A DNA stretch of 64,000 nt from positions 1,664,001 through 1,728,000 of the forward strand of contig CBDCNP010000002.1 of NCBI GenBank assembly GCA_965219415.1. Reading direction: 5' to 3'. Positions 30,846-40,655 of this stretch are shown here, one piece after another (positions within the stretch are counted from its first letter, which is position 1; each line of letters begins with the position of its first letter). The notes beneath the pieces are model-generated. The model was not told the origin of the DNA and did not search any database. It saw only the letters and a list, made by a program, of their open reading frames with translations. Position numbers and translations under genes: made by a program. The stretch is from Candidatus Marinacidobacterales bacterium (GTDB lineage: Bacteria; Acidobacteriota; Vicinamibacteria; Marinacidobacterales; DATDRI01).

Positions 30846-30932
30846 TGGTGGAGAGGGGAGGATTCGAACCTCCGAAGGCCTGAGGCCGGCAGATTTACAG
30901 TCTGCAGCGTTTGACCGCTTCGCTACCTCTCC
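30846..30932 (-). tRNA. tRNA-Tyr (GTA)
   Basis: GGAGAGG...CT GTA AA, long variable arm, GTTCGAAT, ACCA. Confidence 0.97.
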
Positions 30933-31012
30933 GCCTATGACATGTAGCGAGTGAATCGAGCCTTGGGCAACTATGGTCGGGTCGGGGATTATCACTTTAA
31001 AGTGCCTCGAAC

Positions 31013-31087
31013 TGGAGCTGGCGAAGGGATTTGAACCCCCGACCCGCTGATTACAAATCAGCTGCTCTACCACTGAGCTACGCCAGC
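31013..31087 (-). tRNA. tRNA-Thr (TGT)
   Basis: GCTGGCG...TT TGT AA...GTTCAAAT...TCCA; canonical Thr-Tyr-Gly-Thr-tuf order. Confidence 0.97.
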
Positions 31088-31100
31088 TCGCAAACTAGCG

Positions 31101-31129
31101 AGTGTAGCATAGAGGTTGTGTTGCCGCAA
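31101..31129 (-). promoter_or_regulatory. Sigma70-type promoter of the tRNA-tuf operon
   Basis: TTGCGG-17 nt-TACACT with TG extension, just upstream of tRNA-Thr. Confidence 0.65.
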
Positions 31130-31133
31130 TAGG

Positions 31134-31152
31134 AAAAAGGCTCGTCCCGAGC
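31134..31152 (-). terminator. Putative intrinsic terminator downstream of rlmB
   Basis: GCUCG-GGA-CGAGC followed by CUUUUU on the minus strand. Confidence 0.5.
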
Positions 31153-31281
31153 ACTTTCCGCGTCCCAAACGCGGCGCGTAGAGGCGATTAGGACGTTGGC
31201 CGCTACTATCGGGCGGGGTAGGACGTCGGGGCCGCTATCGAACGCGGCAGGACGCCACTTCCGAGCGCTTTCGCGCCGATT

Positions 31282-32031
31282 TTAGCTGCCTCGCGGAACC
31301 TCGTCGCCGTGCTCTCTTTGGCGGAGGACCTCGTAGAGAACCACCCCGGCCGCCACCGACAAGTTGAGCGAGCCCACGCTCCCTCGCTGGGGCAAGGAAA
31401 CGAGCTCGTCGCACGTCTTCGAAACCAGTGGGCGAAGACCGCTCCCCTCGGAACCCAACACCAGAACCAGTGGCACGGTGTAGTCGAACTGATACCAGGG
31501 TATGGCTCCGTCGGGAGCCAAGCCCACCACCCATATGCCTTTTTCTTTCAGCTTCTTCAGGGCACTCGTCAGATTGGTCACCCTGGCTAGCCGTGTATGG
31601 AGGAGCGCTCCGGCGGAGGCCGCAACGGCGACTCCAGATGGGGGAGCGCTCCCCCTTTGAGGAACCAAGATTCCAAAGACGCCTGCCCCGTCGGCGGTGC
31701 GGGCCACCGCTCCCAGATTGCGAGGATCCTCGAGTCGATCGAGAGCCAACAGAAGTGCCGGTTCAGGGACCTCTGCTAGTACCTCGTCCAGGTTCCACCA
31801 CCGGAGAGCCGCCATTTCCGCGACGACTCCCTGATGGTGACCGGAGGACGCCAGGCGCTTGAGGACCCGGGGGTGCTCGCGGTAGACGGGTACTCCTTCG
31901 GCCCGCGCGAGATCGAGGATCTCCTGGGCGCGGGCATCCAAACGACCTTCCGAGATGACGACCTTGCGAACCCTCCCAGGGGAGCCCCGGAGGGCTTCAC
32001 GCACCGCATGAATGCCGGTCAGCGTGTTCAG
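31282..32031 (-). CDS. rlmB: 23S rRNA (guanosine-2251-2'-O)-methyltransferase RlmB
   Basis: DPRNLGAVART, LGSEGSGLR, SLNLSVAAG SpoU motifs; probable CTG start at 32029-32031 (first standard start is GTG at 32004). Confidence 0.93.
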   Translation of the reverse strand: MNTLTGIHAVREALRGSPGRVRKVVISEGRLDARAQEILDLARAEGVPVYREHPRVLKRLASSGHHQGVVAEMAALRWWNLDEVLAEVPEPALLLALDRLEDPRNLGAVARTADGAGVFGILVPQRGSAPPSGVAVAASAGALLHTRLARVTNLTSALKKLKEKGIWVVGLAPDGAIPWYQFDYTVPLVLVLGSEGSGLRPLVSKTCDELVSLPQRGSVGSLNLSVAAGVVLYEVLRQREHGDEVPRGS

Positions 32032-32525
32032 GACGACTCCTTCTGCTGCACCATCACGACCGCCTGAGCGAACATGCCCTCCTGACGGCCCGTGAAACCC
32101 ATCCCATCCGATGTTTTGGCTTTGACTCCTACTGCGTCCGCTGAAATGCCCAGCATTTCCGCCACCTCCCCGCGCACGGCGTCGAAATGCTCCGACAGAC
32201 GGGGTTTTTCCGCGACGATCACCGTGTCGACCTGGACCACGCGGTAGCCTTTCTCCTCAACGAGCCGAACCGCCTTCTCTACGAACAGACGGCTCGACGC
32301 TGATTTCAACTTCGGGTCGCTAGAAGGAAAAAGTGACCCGAGGTCGGGCGCTCCGACTGCGCCGAGAAGCGCATCCGCGAGTGCATGCAGAAGGACATCG
32401 CCATCCGAATGGCCCACCAGGCCTTGGTCGTGCGGAATCTCGACCCCTCCCAGAACCAGCTTCCGATTCGCTGCGAAGCGATGAGCATCCACCCCTAGAC
32501 CAATTCGGAAGGCAGGGCGAGTCAT
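32028..32525 (-). CDS. ispF: 2-C-methyl-D-erythritol 2,4-cyclodiphosphate synthase
   Basis: RIGLGVDAH, GHSDGDVLLHAL. Confidence 0.97.
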   Translation of the reverse strand: MTRPAFRIGLGVDAHRFAANRKLVLGGVEIPHDQGLVGHSDGDVLLHALADALLGAVGAPDLGSLFPSSDPKLKSASSRLFVEKAVRLVEEKGYRVVQVDTVIVAEKPRLSEHFDAVRGEVAEMLGISADAVGVKAKTSDGMGFTGRQEGMFAQAVVMVQQKESS

Positions 32526-33244
32526 GGCTGCTCCTCGAGCTTCAGGTAATATGCCGCGAGAGCTAAGTGCTCCCGGGTCGTGACCTTTAGGTTCTTGACC
32601 GAGCCCGGCACCATTTGGACCGTAGCACCGATTCGCTCTACCAACTGGGCTTCATCCGTCCCCGAGAAACCGTCCGCGATCGCCCGTTCGAACGCCTCTC
32701 GTAAGATCCGGTGACGAAAACACTGTGGTGTTTGAGCACGATAGTAGCGACTCCGATCGATAGTTCCCTGCACCGCCGCTTCCGCGTCTACCTCTTTCAG
32801 CGTCTCTTCGACTGGAAGACCCGCCAAGGCGCCGCCGAACCGTTTTCCGGCTTCGACCACGTCCCGGATCACCTCTTCCGTGACCAGGGGGCGCGCACCA
32901 TCGTGAACGACGACCCATCCTTCAAAGGAAGATGCCAGAGTAGAGATGCCATTCCAAACCGAGTCTTGCCTCGACTCACCGCCCGGAACCATATCCAGCG
33001 GTGCACCCTCCCCGAACCACGGGGTCATGAGTCCCACGTATCGATCGAATCCGTCGCTGGGAAGTACGACGACGATTCTATCGATGTCCGGCGATCCTAC
33101 GAAACGAGCTACGGTATGCGCGAGCAGGGGTTTTCCAGCCAACTCCAGAAATTGCTTGGGCTGGGACGCATTCAGGCGGGTACCGGAACCGCCCGCCGCG
33201 ACAATCGCTACGGTGGTAACGGTATCGCCGACCCCCATGATCAC
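32522..33244 (-). CDS. ispD: 2-C-methyl-D-erythritol 4-phosphate cytidylyltransferase
   Basis: AAGGSGTRL..PKQF, GGESRQDSV, VHDGARP, AQTPQ. Confidence 0.96.
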   Translation of the reverse strand: MIMGVGDTVTTVAIVAAGGSGTRLNASQPKQFLELAGKPLLAHTVARFVGSPDIDRIVVVLPSDGFDRYVGLMTPWFGEGAPLDMVPGGESRQDSVWNGISTLASSFEGWVVVHDGARPLVTEEVIRDVVEAGKRFGGALAGLPVEETLKEVDAEAAVQGTIDRSRYYRAQTPQCFRHRILREAFERAIADGFSGTDEAQLVERIGATVQMVPGSVKNLKVTTREHLALAAYYLKLEEQP

Positions 33245-33903
33245 TCTCCCGACTCTACCGAGTTTACAGGCCGTGCACCCGTGAACCGGGAGACTCGCTC
33301 GATCGTCTGCTCGAGCCGTTTGTCCAAGTCGACCCTCTTCATTCCATGGGGGGCGAAGATGACGATCAGCGTCTCCCTGGTGTGCTCGGAAATCGCCGCC
33401 CGCAAGGAGTCCGAGGTGGGGTTACCGAACGGTCCTTCTCGATCGACTAGGCAAATCCGTCCGTCGAGGTGCACCGGCCCCTTGCGTATTCCAGGATAGC
33501 TCTCGCCGGCTCGGCCGAGGCGGGCCTCTATGGGTAACGACAGAGTCGTCAAATCGTAGACGCCATACGAGAGCTGAAACTCGAGCGAGCACAGGTTCAC
33601 CGTATCCACCAGCAGGTTCACCTCATAGAGCGCCTGCCCTTTGAGAATACGACGGAGCAATGCCTCCGACGAAGGTCTGACTTTGGTCGGGTCGAGCCCA
33701 ATCGCTTTGTAGAGAGCCCGCGTGTCTGCCACACCCGGGATCTCGAGCCAGCTCGCCCCGGTGAACTGGTCACGGAGCCTCGTGCACACTCGGTCGAGCT
33801 CTGCTTCGAGCTCGGACCGGGCCCGGGAGAGATCGACATCGGTAAGTTGGACGGTGGCGAGCCGAAGCCGGTTCGCGAGATCGCCAGATATTCGGACGTG
33901 CAT
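33241..33903 (-). CDS. Free-standing B3/B4 (PheRS beta editing-like) domain protein
   Basis: GLDPTKVRPSSEALLRR, NLLVDTVNLCSL, GPFGNPTSDS; ATG at 33901-33903. Confidence 0.85.
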   Translation of the reverse strand: MHVRISGDLANRLRLATVQLTDVDLSRARSELEAELDRVCTRLRDQFTGASWLEIPGVADTRALYKAIGLDPTKVRPSSEALLRRILKGQALYEVNLLVDTVNLCSLEFQLSYGVYDLTTLSLPIEARLGRAGESYPGIRKGPVHLDGRICLVDREGPFGNPTSDSLRAAISEHTRETLIVIFAPHGMKRVDLDKRLEQTIERVSRFTGARPVNSVESGE

Positions 33904-33904
33904 G

Positions 33905-34630
33905 TTAGTGGGGATTTGGTGTCTCGTAGTTACTAACGACAACCTCCCGGACTTGTTTGGCGAGGTCGATGGCGGCACCGTCTTCAAGCTCTTCTACCGG
34001 GATGGGCCGCTCCACATGAACCTTCACAGTACCCGGGTGCACCGTCACTTCGCCCCTCTTCATGATCCGCCAACTCTCGGAAATCGTGATCGGCACCACC
34101 GGCACTCCCGACTTGATGGCGAGCAAGAACGATCCCTGTTTGAAACGACCGATCGAGCCGTTCTTACTACGGGTTCCCTCGGGAAAGATCACTACCGAGG
34201 TCCCCTGTTTGATCTTTTTCGCTGCTCGCTCCAAACTCTGGCGAGCACGCACCGGATTGGAGCGATCGACCGAAATGTGGCCGCAGAAATACAGGTGCCA
34301 ACCCATGAACGGCACGCGATTGAGTGATTCTTTGTACAAAATGCGAAACGAGAACGGGAGCAAAGCAAAGAGGATCGGAATGTCGTAGATGCTCTGATGA
34401 TTGGCGGCGAAAATGTAGTGCCGTTCCGTTTCCAAGTTCTCGAGCCCACTAAGAGAAACTCGGACTCCGCAAGTCGTCAAGATGAGCCAGGACCAGGTAC
34501 GAGCTAGCCAATGCGATGGATTTCCACTTCGGAAGAACATCCCGAGGAGGATCGAGATCGCTCCACACACGATGGTGTAGATGCTCACCAGAGGAATCGA
34601 GATCAGAATAGTTCGGAGCGTGGCCAGCAT
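33905..34630 (-). CDS. plsC: 1-acyl-sn-glycerol-3-phosphate acyltransferase
   Basis: NHQSIYD (HxxxxD), FPEGTRS, FKQGSF. Confidence 0.88.
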   Translation of the reverse strand: MLATLRTILISIPLVSIYTIVCGAISILLGMFFRSGNPSHWLARTWSWLILTTCGVRVSLSGLENLETERHYIFAANHQSIYDIPILFALLPFSFRILYKESLNRVPFMGWHLYFCGHISVDRSNPVRARQSLERAAKKIKQGTSVVIFPEGTRSKNGSIGRFKQGSFLLAIKSGVPVVPITISESWRIMKRGEVTVHPGTVKVHVERPIPVEELEDGAAIDLAKQVREVVVSNYETPNPH

Positions 34631-34661
34631 GGCCGGGACAATGTAACCCTCTAGACCCGCT

Positions 34662-35681
34662 TTACCGCTTGTCGCCCGCTGCGGCGGAATTATGGGACTC
34701 GATAGCCTTCCCGAAAATCATCTTGCCCGCGGTAGTTTGAAGCACACTGGTCACGGTGACGTCCACGTTTTTCCCGATGAGCTGGCGGGCGTTATCGACC
34801 ACCACCATGGTCCCATCATCTAGATATGCGACGCCCTGGTTGTACTCCTTACCTTCCTTCAAAATGAACACCCGCATGAACTCGCCGGGCAGCACCACTG
34901 GCTTCAGCGCGTTCGCGAGCTCGTTGATGTTGAGAACCTGGACTCCCTGCAGCTGTGCCACTTTATTGAGGTTGAAGTCGTTGGTCACGATCTTTGCGTT
35001 TTGAACTTTGGCCAGCTCGATGAGCTTGAGGTCGACCTCTTTGACATCCGGAAAATCGAGCTCCGAAATATTCACGTCGATCCCGCTCATCTTGCGAATT
35101 TTCTGCAATATGTCCAGTCCGTGGCGACCGCGGTTTCTCTTGAGCGAATCGGCAGAATCAGCGACTTGTTGGAGTTCCTTGAGCACGAACGTTGGGATCA
35201 CCATCGTGCCATCCATGAATCCGGTCTCGCAGATATCGGCCACTCGCCCGTCGATGATCACACTGGTATCGAGAACCTTGAAATTGCGAACCGTCGTGGT
35301 GCCACGGAAGTAGGCCACCAACGATAGCGGATCGAACCACTCGGCTTTCATCAAGCCCAGGAGCAATCCCAAGTATGCGAGAAAGAGCAACACCAAGGCT
35401 TGCCAGAAGGCTTGGGCGCTTTCGCCCATTGGTATCTTAGCCAAAGGGATACCCACTAACAGTGCCAGGATGACCCCGAGGACTGCCCCGATGAAACCGC
35501 CCGCTACTTGACCGGCGGGAACGGTTCGAATCCGAAGCTCGAGGGAAATGATCGCGGCACCCAACAAAGCTCCGAGCGCCGCATTTGCAAGTTGCCCCCA
35601 CGGAAGGGGGGCATAGACGATCGACGTATATATGATTGCAGCTAGTAGAATGGCTCTAATTATGAATATGGGACATATCAA
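34662..35681 (-). CDS. Membrane PIN/TRAM-domain protein (YacL family)
   Basis: N-terminal TM helices, [34 protein letters not shown]; downstream of radA; start uncertain. Confidence 0.92.
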   Translation of the reverse strand: MICPIFIIRAILLAAIIYTSIVYAPLPWGQLANAALGALLGAAIISLELRIRTVPAGQVAGGFIGAVLGVILALLVGIPLAKIPMGESAQAFWQALVLLFLAYLGLLLGLMKAEWFDPLSLVAYFRGTTTVRNFKVLDTSVIIDGRVADICETGFMDGTMVIPTFVLKELQQVADSADSLKRNRGRHGLDILQKIRKMSGIDVNISELDFPDVKEVDLKLIELAKVQNAKIVTNDFNLNKVAQLQGVQVLNINELANALKPVVLPGEFMRVFILKEGKEYNQGVAYLDDGTMVVVDNARQLIGKNVDVTVTSVLQTTAGKMIFGKAIESHNSAAAGDKR

Positions 35682-35716
35682 TTCTCTCGCTCGGCCGACT
35701 GGCTCTAACCCAACCA

Positions 35717-37096
35717 CTAGGACACCAACTCCAAAACCTCACCGACGTTCCGGACCCCTACTAGCTCGACGTCGAGAGCGGCCGCCGCTTCATCCGGCAA
35801 GGGTAAGTTGCCAATCGGAAGTATGATTTTGTTGAACCCTAAACGCGCCGCCTCTTTCACTCTCACTGCTACCTGTTGTGCGGCCCTCACCTCTCCAGCC
35901 AACCCCACCTCTCCCAGCAGTACGGTCTGCGAGTCGACCGGTCGGCCCTTGAAGCTGGACGCCACCGCCGCCGCAACTCCCAAGTCGGCCACCGGTTCGC
36001 CCACAGCCAGCCCGCCGGCCACATTCACGTACACATCTTCGGCGGAAAGTTGAAGTCCGACCCTCTTCTCCAACACTGCCAGAAGCAATGCCACCCGATT
36101 GCTATCGATCCCGACCGTCACGCGACGCGGATACCCGAAACTGGATCGGGACACCAACGCCTGAATCTCGACCAGCAGCGGCCGCGTCCCCTCCAGGCTG
36201 CAGACCACCACCGACCCGGGCGCCTTTTCTGGACGCTCGGATAGGAATAGCCCCGAGGGATTCTCTACCGGTTCCAAACCGGAGCCCGTCATCTCGAAGA
36301 CTCCCAGCTCTCCCGCCGCACCGTAACGGTTCTTGGTCGCCCGGACGAGTCGGTGAGAATAGTGACGCTCGCCCTCGAAGTAGAGCACGGTGTCCACGAT
36401 GTGCTCGAGAGCTTTGGGTCCTGCCAAATTCCCTTCTTTCGTGACGTGCCCGATCAGAAAAACCGGCGTGCCGGTAGACTTTGCGAAGTAGAGGAGCTCG
36501 GCTGCGGCTTCCCTGACCTGGCTCACACTTCCTGGCGCGGACGAAAATCTCGACGAGTAGACCGTTTGGACCGAATCCAAAACGACCAGCGACGGCCGAT
36601 GGTGCTTGAGCTCCGAGAGGATGCGGTCCAGGTTGGTCTCGCTGAAAAGCAGGAGAGACTCCGCACTGACACCGAGCCGCTCCCCACGAAGCTTGATCTG
36701 CTGCTCCGACTCTTCGCCACTGATGTAAAGGACCGGGCGCTCGCTGGGGGTGGACGCCGCCAGGCGTGAAGCCACCTGCAGCAACAGCGTGGATTTGCCG
36801 ATGCCGGGATCGCCTCCCAAGAGGACCAAGGATCCTGCGACCACCCCGCCGCCGAGCACTCGGTCGAACTCTTCGATACCGGTAGCGAGGCGTGATGCCG
36901 CGTCCGGACTCACTTCTAGGTAGGGACGAGGACCACCACCAGCCGAGAGGCTCTCGCGGCGAGGATCCGACTGCCGGGATGCCTCGAGCTCCTCGACCAA
37001 GCTATTCCACGCTCCGCAGTCCGAGCAGCGGCCCAGCCACTTGGGAGAGCTGACCCCGCATTCCTGGCAAACGAAAGCGGTCTTGACCTTGCCCAT
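35717..37096 (-). CDS. radA: DNA repair protein RadA/Sms
   Basis: CQECG...WLGRCSDC Zn finger, [14 protein letters not shown], Lon-like C-terminus. Confidence 0.98.
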   Translation of the reverse strand: MGKVKTAFVCQECGVSSPKWLGRCSDCGAWNSLVEELEASRQSDPRRESLSAGGGPRPYLEVSPDAASRLATGIEEFDRVLGGGVVAGSLVLLGGDPGIGKSTLLLQVASRLAASTPSERPVLYISGEESEQQIKLRGERLGVSAESLLLFSETNLDRILSELKHHRPSLVVLDSVQTVYSSRFSSAPGSVSQVREAAAELLYFAKSTGTPVFLIGHVTKEGNLAGPKALEHIVDTVLYFEGERHYSHRLVRATKNRYGAAGELGVFEMTGSGLEPVENPSGLFLSERPEKAPGSVVVCSLEGTRPLLVEIQALVSRSSFGYPRRVTVGIDSNRVALLLAVLEKRVGLQLSAEDVYVNVAGGLAVGEPVADLGVAAAVASSFKGRPVDSQTVLLGEVGLAGEVRAAQQVAVRVKEAARLGFNKIILPIGNLPLPDEAAAALDVELVGVRNVGEVLELVS

Positions 37097-37192
37097 AGTT
37101 AGAACGTCATCTTAGAAAGCGGATGTGCAAGAAAACGGCAGTTCGATATGGCTCGCGCCTTGAAACTTGGTGAATACGCCCAGTAGCCAGTG

Positions 37193-37201
37193 ATTATAAC
37201 A
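37193..37201 (-). promoter_or_regulatory. Extended -10 promoter upstream of radA
   Basis: TGTTATAAT on the minus strand about 97 nt before the radA ATG. Confidence 0.55.
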
Positions 37202-37353
37202 CGCACGCCGGCTCGGCACGGCTGGCCCATCGATGCCAGATGCGCCATGACAACACCCTAAAGGTATGACGAAAAACGAAGGACGATGCCGCCCGAAAGG
37301 GCCAGGTCAAGTCGCTAGGGCATGAACGGGAGGTGTTGAAGACGGGCCGCGGC

Positions 37354-38700
37354 TCAAATGGGGTCTTGTCGCCACTCCAGGTTCTCGAACCGAGTGTACT
37401 CTTTGATGAAGGCGACCCGGATCGTGCCAGTCGGTCCGTTGCGCTGCTTACTGAGGATGAGCTCGGCCAACCCCTTGTTCTCCGGGGTCGAGTCGTACGT
37501 CTCCTCACGGTAAATAAACACGACGACATCAGCATCTTGCTCGAGTGCGCCCGATTCCCGCAGGTCCGAAAGCTGTGGGCGGTGATCGCCGCGACTCTCG
37601 GGGGCGCGGGAGAGTTGTGAGAGAGCTACAACCGGAATGTTCAACTCCTTCGCCAAGCCCTTGAGTGCCCGACTGATGCCACTGATCTCCTGGGTACGGT
37701 TCTCGAACCGCCCTCGCCCTGACATGAGCTGAAGGTAGTCGACGATCAGAAGATCCAGACCATGCTCGAGCTTGAGTCGCCGTGCCTTGGCACGCATCTC
37801 GAGAACACTCAAAGAGGCGGAATCGTCGATGAAGACCCGGGCCGAGGAGAGTCGGGAAACCGCTTGGATGAGCTTCGCCCAGTCCTTTTCGGAAATGAAC
37901 CCCGAGCGTAGCCGGTGCATATCGACTCTTGCTTCGGAGCAAAGCATCCTCATCACCAGCTGCTCTTTGGACATCTCCAAGCTGAACACACCGACCGTAT
38001 GTGACCCGGTGAGCCCGGCGTGCTGGGCGATGTTCAAGCAGAAACTGGTCTTTCCCATGGCCGGCCTCGCGGCCACGATGATGAGGTCCGACGGCTGGAG
38101 TCCGGACGTCAATTCTTCGAACTCTACGAAGCCGGTGGGGACACCGGTGACCATGTCCCGACGTTCGGACAACTCGTCGATGGACGTGAAGCTACTGCGA
38201 ACGATCTCGCCGAGCGGCTCGAAACCGGTCTGGATCGCCCCCTCGGCGATCTCGAAAATAGACCGCTCCGCTTGGTCGAGAACCGTCGAGGTATCCTCGG
38301 GCTCGTCGAAACAGGATTGGATGATGCGGTTCGCGGAGCTGATGAGGCTTCGCAAGACGGACTTTTCTTTGACGATCTTGGAGTAGTAGGGAACGTTGGT
38401 GGCGCGAGGGACCCCGTCCACCAATGACGTCAGGTAGGCGGCGCCGCCTGCCGAGTCCAACTCTCCCGCCCGAGACAGCTCTTCTTTGAGGGTAACGAGA
38501 TCGATCCCCTGTCCACGGACGGACAGGGCCTCCATGCGCGCATAGATCCGCTGGTGTGCCTGCCGGTAGAAGTCGTCTTGCCGGAGGATCTCGGCGGCGT
38601 TGTGGAAGCTCTCGTTATCTATGAGGATGGCGCCCAGGACGGTCCTTTCCGCCTCTAGGCTATGCGGAAGTGCCTTCTCGAGGGCAACCTCCTCAGGCAA
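37354..38700 (-). CDS. dnaB: Replicative DNA helicase
   Basis: PHSLEAE, AARPAMGKT, DYLQLM, SDLRESGALEQDAD, KQRNGP; no intein. Confidence 0.98.
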   Translation of the reverse strand: MPEEVALEKALPHSLEAERTVLGAILIDNESFHNAAEILRQDDFYRQAHQRIYARMEALSVRGQGIDLVTLKEELSRAGELDSAGGAAYLTSLVDGVPRATNVPYYSKIVKEKSVLRSLISSANRIIQSCFDEPEDTSTVLDQAERSIFEIAEGAIQTGFEPLGEIVRSSFTSIDELSERRDMVTGVPTGFVEFEELTSGLQPSDLIIVAARPAMGKTSFCLNIAQHAGLTGSHTVGVFSLEMSKEQLVMRMLCSEARVDMHRLRSGFISEKDWAKLIQAVSRLSSARVFIDDSASLSVLEMRAKARRLKLEHGLDLLIVDYLQLMSGRGRFENRTQEISGISRALKGLAKELNIPVVALSQLSRAPESRGDHRPQLSDLRESGALEQDADVVVFIYREETYDSTPENKGLAELILSKQRNGPTGTIRVAFIKEYTRFENLEWRQDPI

Positions 38701-38703
38701 GGG

Positions 38704-39150
38704 CTACTCTTCCTCCTTCTCCACGGTCACCGTGAGGGTAGTGGACACCTCGGGATGAAGCCGAGCCGTGACCGGGAACTCTCCCAGGCTCTTGATGGGT
38801 TCGTCGAGCAGGATCTGCCGCCTTTCCACGGAGTATCCCTTCGCCGCCAGTGCCTCTACAACATCGGCTGCGGAGACCGATCCGTAGAGCTCCTCGCCAT
38901 GAACCTTGCGACGGAAGGAAAGCTTTATGCCTGAGATCTGCGATGCCAAAGCTTCGCCTTCTTCCTTCTCCTTCGCGTGCTCAACCGCCACTAGCTTCTT
39001 ATCTTTTTCCATCCGCCGAACGTTGTTATCGTTAACCTCCATCGCCAGATTCCGGGGGAGAAGAAAATTGCGTGCAAACCCCGGGCGCACCTCAACGATG
39101 TCTCCCTTCTTACCGAGTTTGTCGACGTTCTCGCACAATATGAGCTGCAT
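38704..39150 (-). CDS. rplI: 50S ribosomal protein L9
   Basis: LGKKGDIVEVRPGFARNFL, LYGSVS, PIKSLG. Confidence 0.97.
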   Translation of the reverse strand: MQLILCENVDKLGKKGDIVEVRPGFARNFLLPRNLAMEVNDNNVRRMEKDKKLVAVEHAKEKEEGEALASQISGIKLSFRRKVHGEELYGSVSAADVVEALAAKGYSVERRQILLDEPIKSLGEFPVTARLHPEVSTTLTVTVEKEEE

Positions 39151-39174
39151 GTTCTCTTCTCCGCTCCTCGGTCT

Positions 39175-39450
39175 CTAAGAAGTGAAAGGCAACAACGCTA
39201 TGTTGCGAGCCCTTTGAATGGCCGTCTTCAACTTTCGTTGGTGCGGGGCACATGTACCCGAGATGCGACGTGGCAATATCTTCGCCCTCTCGGGAATGAA
39301 GGAAGCCAGAAGCTGATGGTCTTTCCAATCGATGTAATCGATCTTCTCGGCGCAAAACTTACATACCTTTCGCCTTCGATAGTAGAACCGCTTGCCTCGG
39401 CGAGCACCACTGCCGCTACCACTACTAGCGCTCTTCTTTCTGGGATGCAT
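39175..39450 (-). CDS. rpsR: 30S ribosomal protein S18 (Zn-binding form)
   Basis: [25 protein letters not shown]. Confidence 0.97.
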   Translation of the reverse strand: MHPRKKSASSGSGSGARRGKRFYYRRRKVCKFCAEKIDYIDWKDHQLLASFIPERAKILPRRISGTCAPHQRKLKTAIQRARNIALLPFTS

Positions 39451-39911
39451 TATTCGACCTCCGCAGCTGGCTTGGGTGGCTCGGTCGGTGCGGTCGGTGC
39501 AGCCGACTCAGCCGGTGGAGCGGCCACCCGTTCGCCGGCCGCAGCCGCTTTCTTCCTTCGTCGTTCACGACGCGCCTCCTCGCGGGCCGTTTTGCGCGCC
39601 TTACGCCGCTCGACCTTTTCCAAGTCTTTGTCGACGCGGACGGTGAGGAACCGAAGCACCCCGTCGGTAACACGAAGTCGCCGTTCCAACTCCGAGATCG
39701 CTGCCGCCTCCGCCTTTAGCCGGCTCAGAACATAGTAGCCTTCGGAGTGACGGCCGATGCGGCCGGCCAACCTACGCTTGCCCCACGGATCGGTGCCCTC
39801 GATGCTGACGCCCTGTTTGCCCATAAATTCCTCGATCTGGCTGATGAGCGCCTTGGTGGCCTCTTCGTCCGGATTGGGCTCGAGGATGTACATCAATTCG
39901 TATCCTCTCAT
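39450..39911 (-). CDS. rpsF: 30S ribosomal protein S6 with long basic/Pro-Ala C-terminal tail
   Basis: [24 protein letters not shown]; ATG at 39909-39911. Confidence 0.95.
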   Translation of the reverse strand: MRGYELMYILEPNPDEEATKALISQIEEFMGKQGVSIEGTDPWGKRRLAGRIGRHSEGYYVLSRLKAEAAAISELERRLRVTDGVLRFLTVRVDKDLEKVERRKARKTAREEARRERRRKKAAAAGERVAAPPAESAAPTAPTEPPKPAAEVE

Positions 39912-39921
39912 CGTTCTACTT

Positions 39922-39971
39922 ACCCTCCCTACGGATATCAAGCCCTCTCTCTAAGGAGAGAGCAAGGAGTC
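39922..39971 (-). promoter_or_regulatory. S6:S18 ribosomal protein leader RNA
   Basis: CUCCUU-GCUCUC...GAGAG-GGC...CCG-UAGGGAGGGU: anti-SD stem, inner hairpin and unpaired CCG directly before rpsF. Confidence 0.75.
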
Positions 39972-40007
39972 AAGCCACCCCGTCAACCTTCTATCAGAGG
40001 CACCCCG

Positions 40008-40610
40008 TTAATCTTCTAGTGCTTCGGGGGGGCGGTTGTACAAAGACATCGCCCGCTCTATTCCATCGCGGAACAGGGCGCGGGTCGCGTCCACCGTTCG
40101 TTCCAAGAGTTTCTCGACTACCTCTTGCTCTTGAGCGGAAAACGGCTCCAACACGAACTCCGCGAGATCAAGCTCCTCTTGCTTCTCTTCCGGCGACCCT
40201 TCACTGGGACCGATGCCCAGCCTGACCCGAGGCACTTCCTCGGTGTCGAGAGCCTCCAAAACGGAAGCAAGTCCTAGGTGACCGCCATCGCTGCCATGGG
40301 GTCTGAGGCGAATCGTTCCCAACGGCAACGCAACATCGTCCAAAAATACCAGCACTTCCCCGGGGATGATTTCCCGGCCCCGGGTCAACTCTACCACGGC
40401 CCTACCGCTCAGGTTCATATAGGTCTGTGGCTTGGCGAGCACGATCGACTTGCCCTCGAAAATCCCTTCGGCGATCAAGCCGCTCGGTGAACCTTTCTCC
40501 CAACGGGCGCCGGATTCGCGAGCGATTCTCTCGACGGCGTCGAAACCAAGGTTGTGTCGTGTCCCGGCGTATCGAGGACCCGGATTACCTAACCCAACCA
40601 GAAGCCGCAA
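40008..40610 (-). CDS. pth: Peptidyl-tRNA hydrolase
   Basis: VGLGNPG..Y..TRHNLGF, KPQTYMNLSG, GGHLGL. Confidence 0.97.
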   Translation of the reverse strand: MRLLVGLGNPGPRYAGTRHNLGFDAVERIARESGARWEKGSPSGLIAEGIFEGKSIVLAKPQTYMNLSGRAVVELTRGREIIPGEVLVFLDDVALPLGTIRLRPHGSDGGHLGLASVLEALDTEEVPRVRLGIGPSEGSPEEKQEELDLAEFVLEPFSAQEQEVVEKLLERTVDATRALFRDGIERAMSLYNRPPEALED

Positions 40611-40655
40611 ACACGTGTCTCGGTGGAACGAAGCGAACCTTGCACACCGCCGAGC

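Noticed and set aside
37097-37190. LexA box before radA
   Set aside because: No GTTC-N7-GTTC or other recognisable SOS box with correct spacing
37262-37312. Hammerhead-like string (ATGACGA...CGAA...GTC)
   Set aside because: Lacks the CUGANGA and GAAA core in the right arrangement and has no stem II
39175-39911. No ssb/priB between rpsF and rpsR
   Set aside because: Direct rpsF-rpsR-rplI order occurs in many lineages
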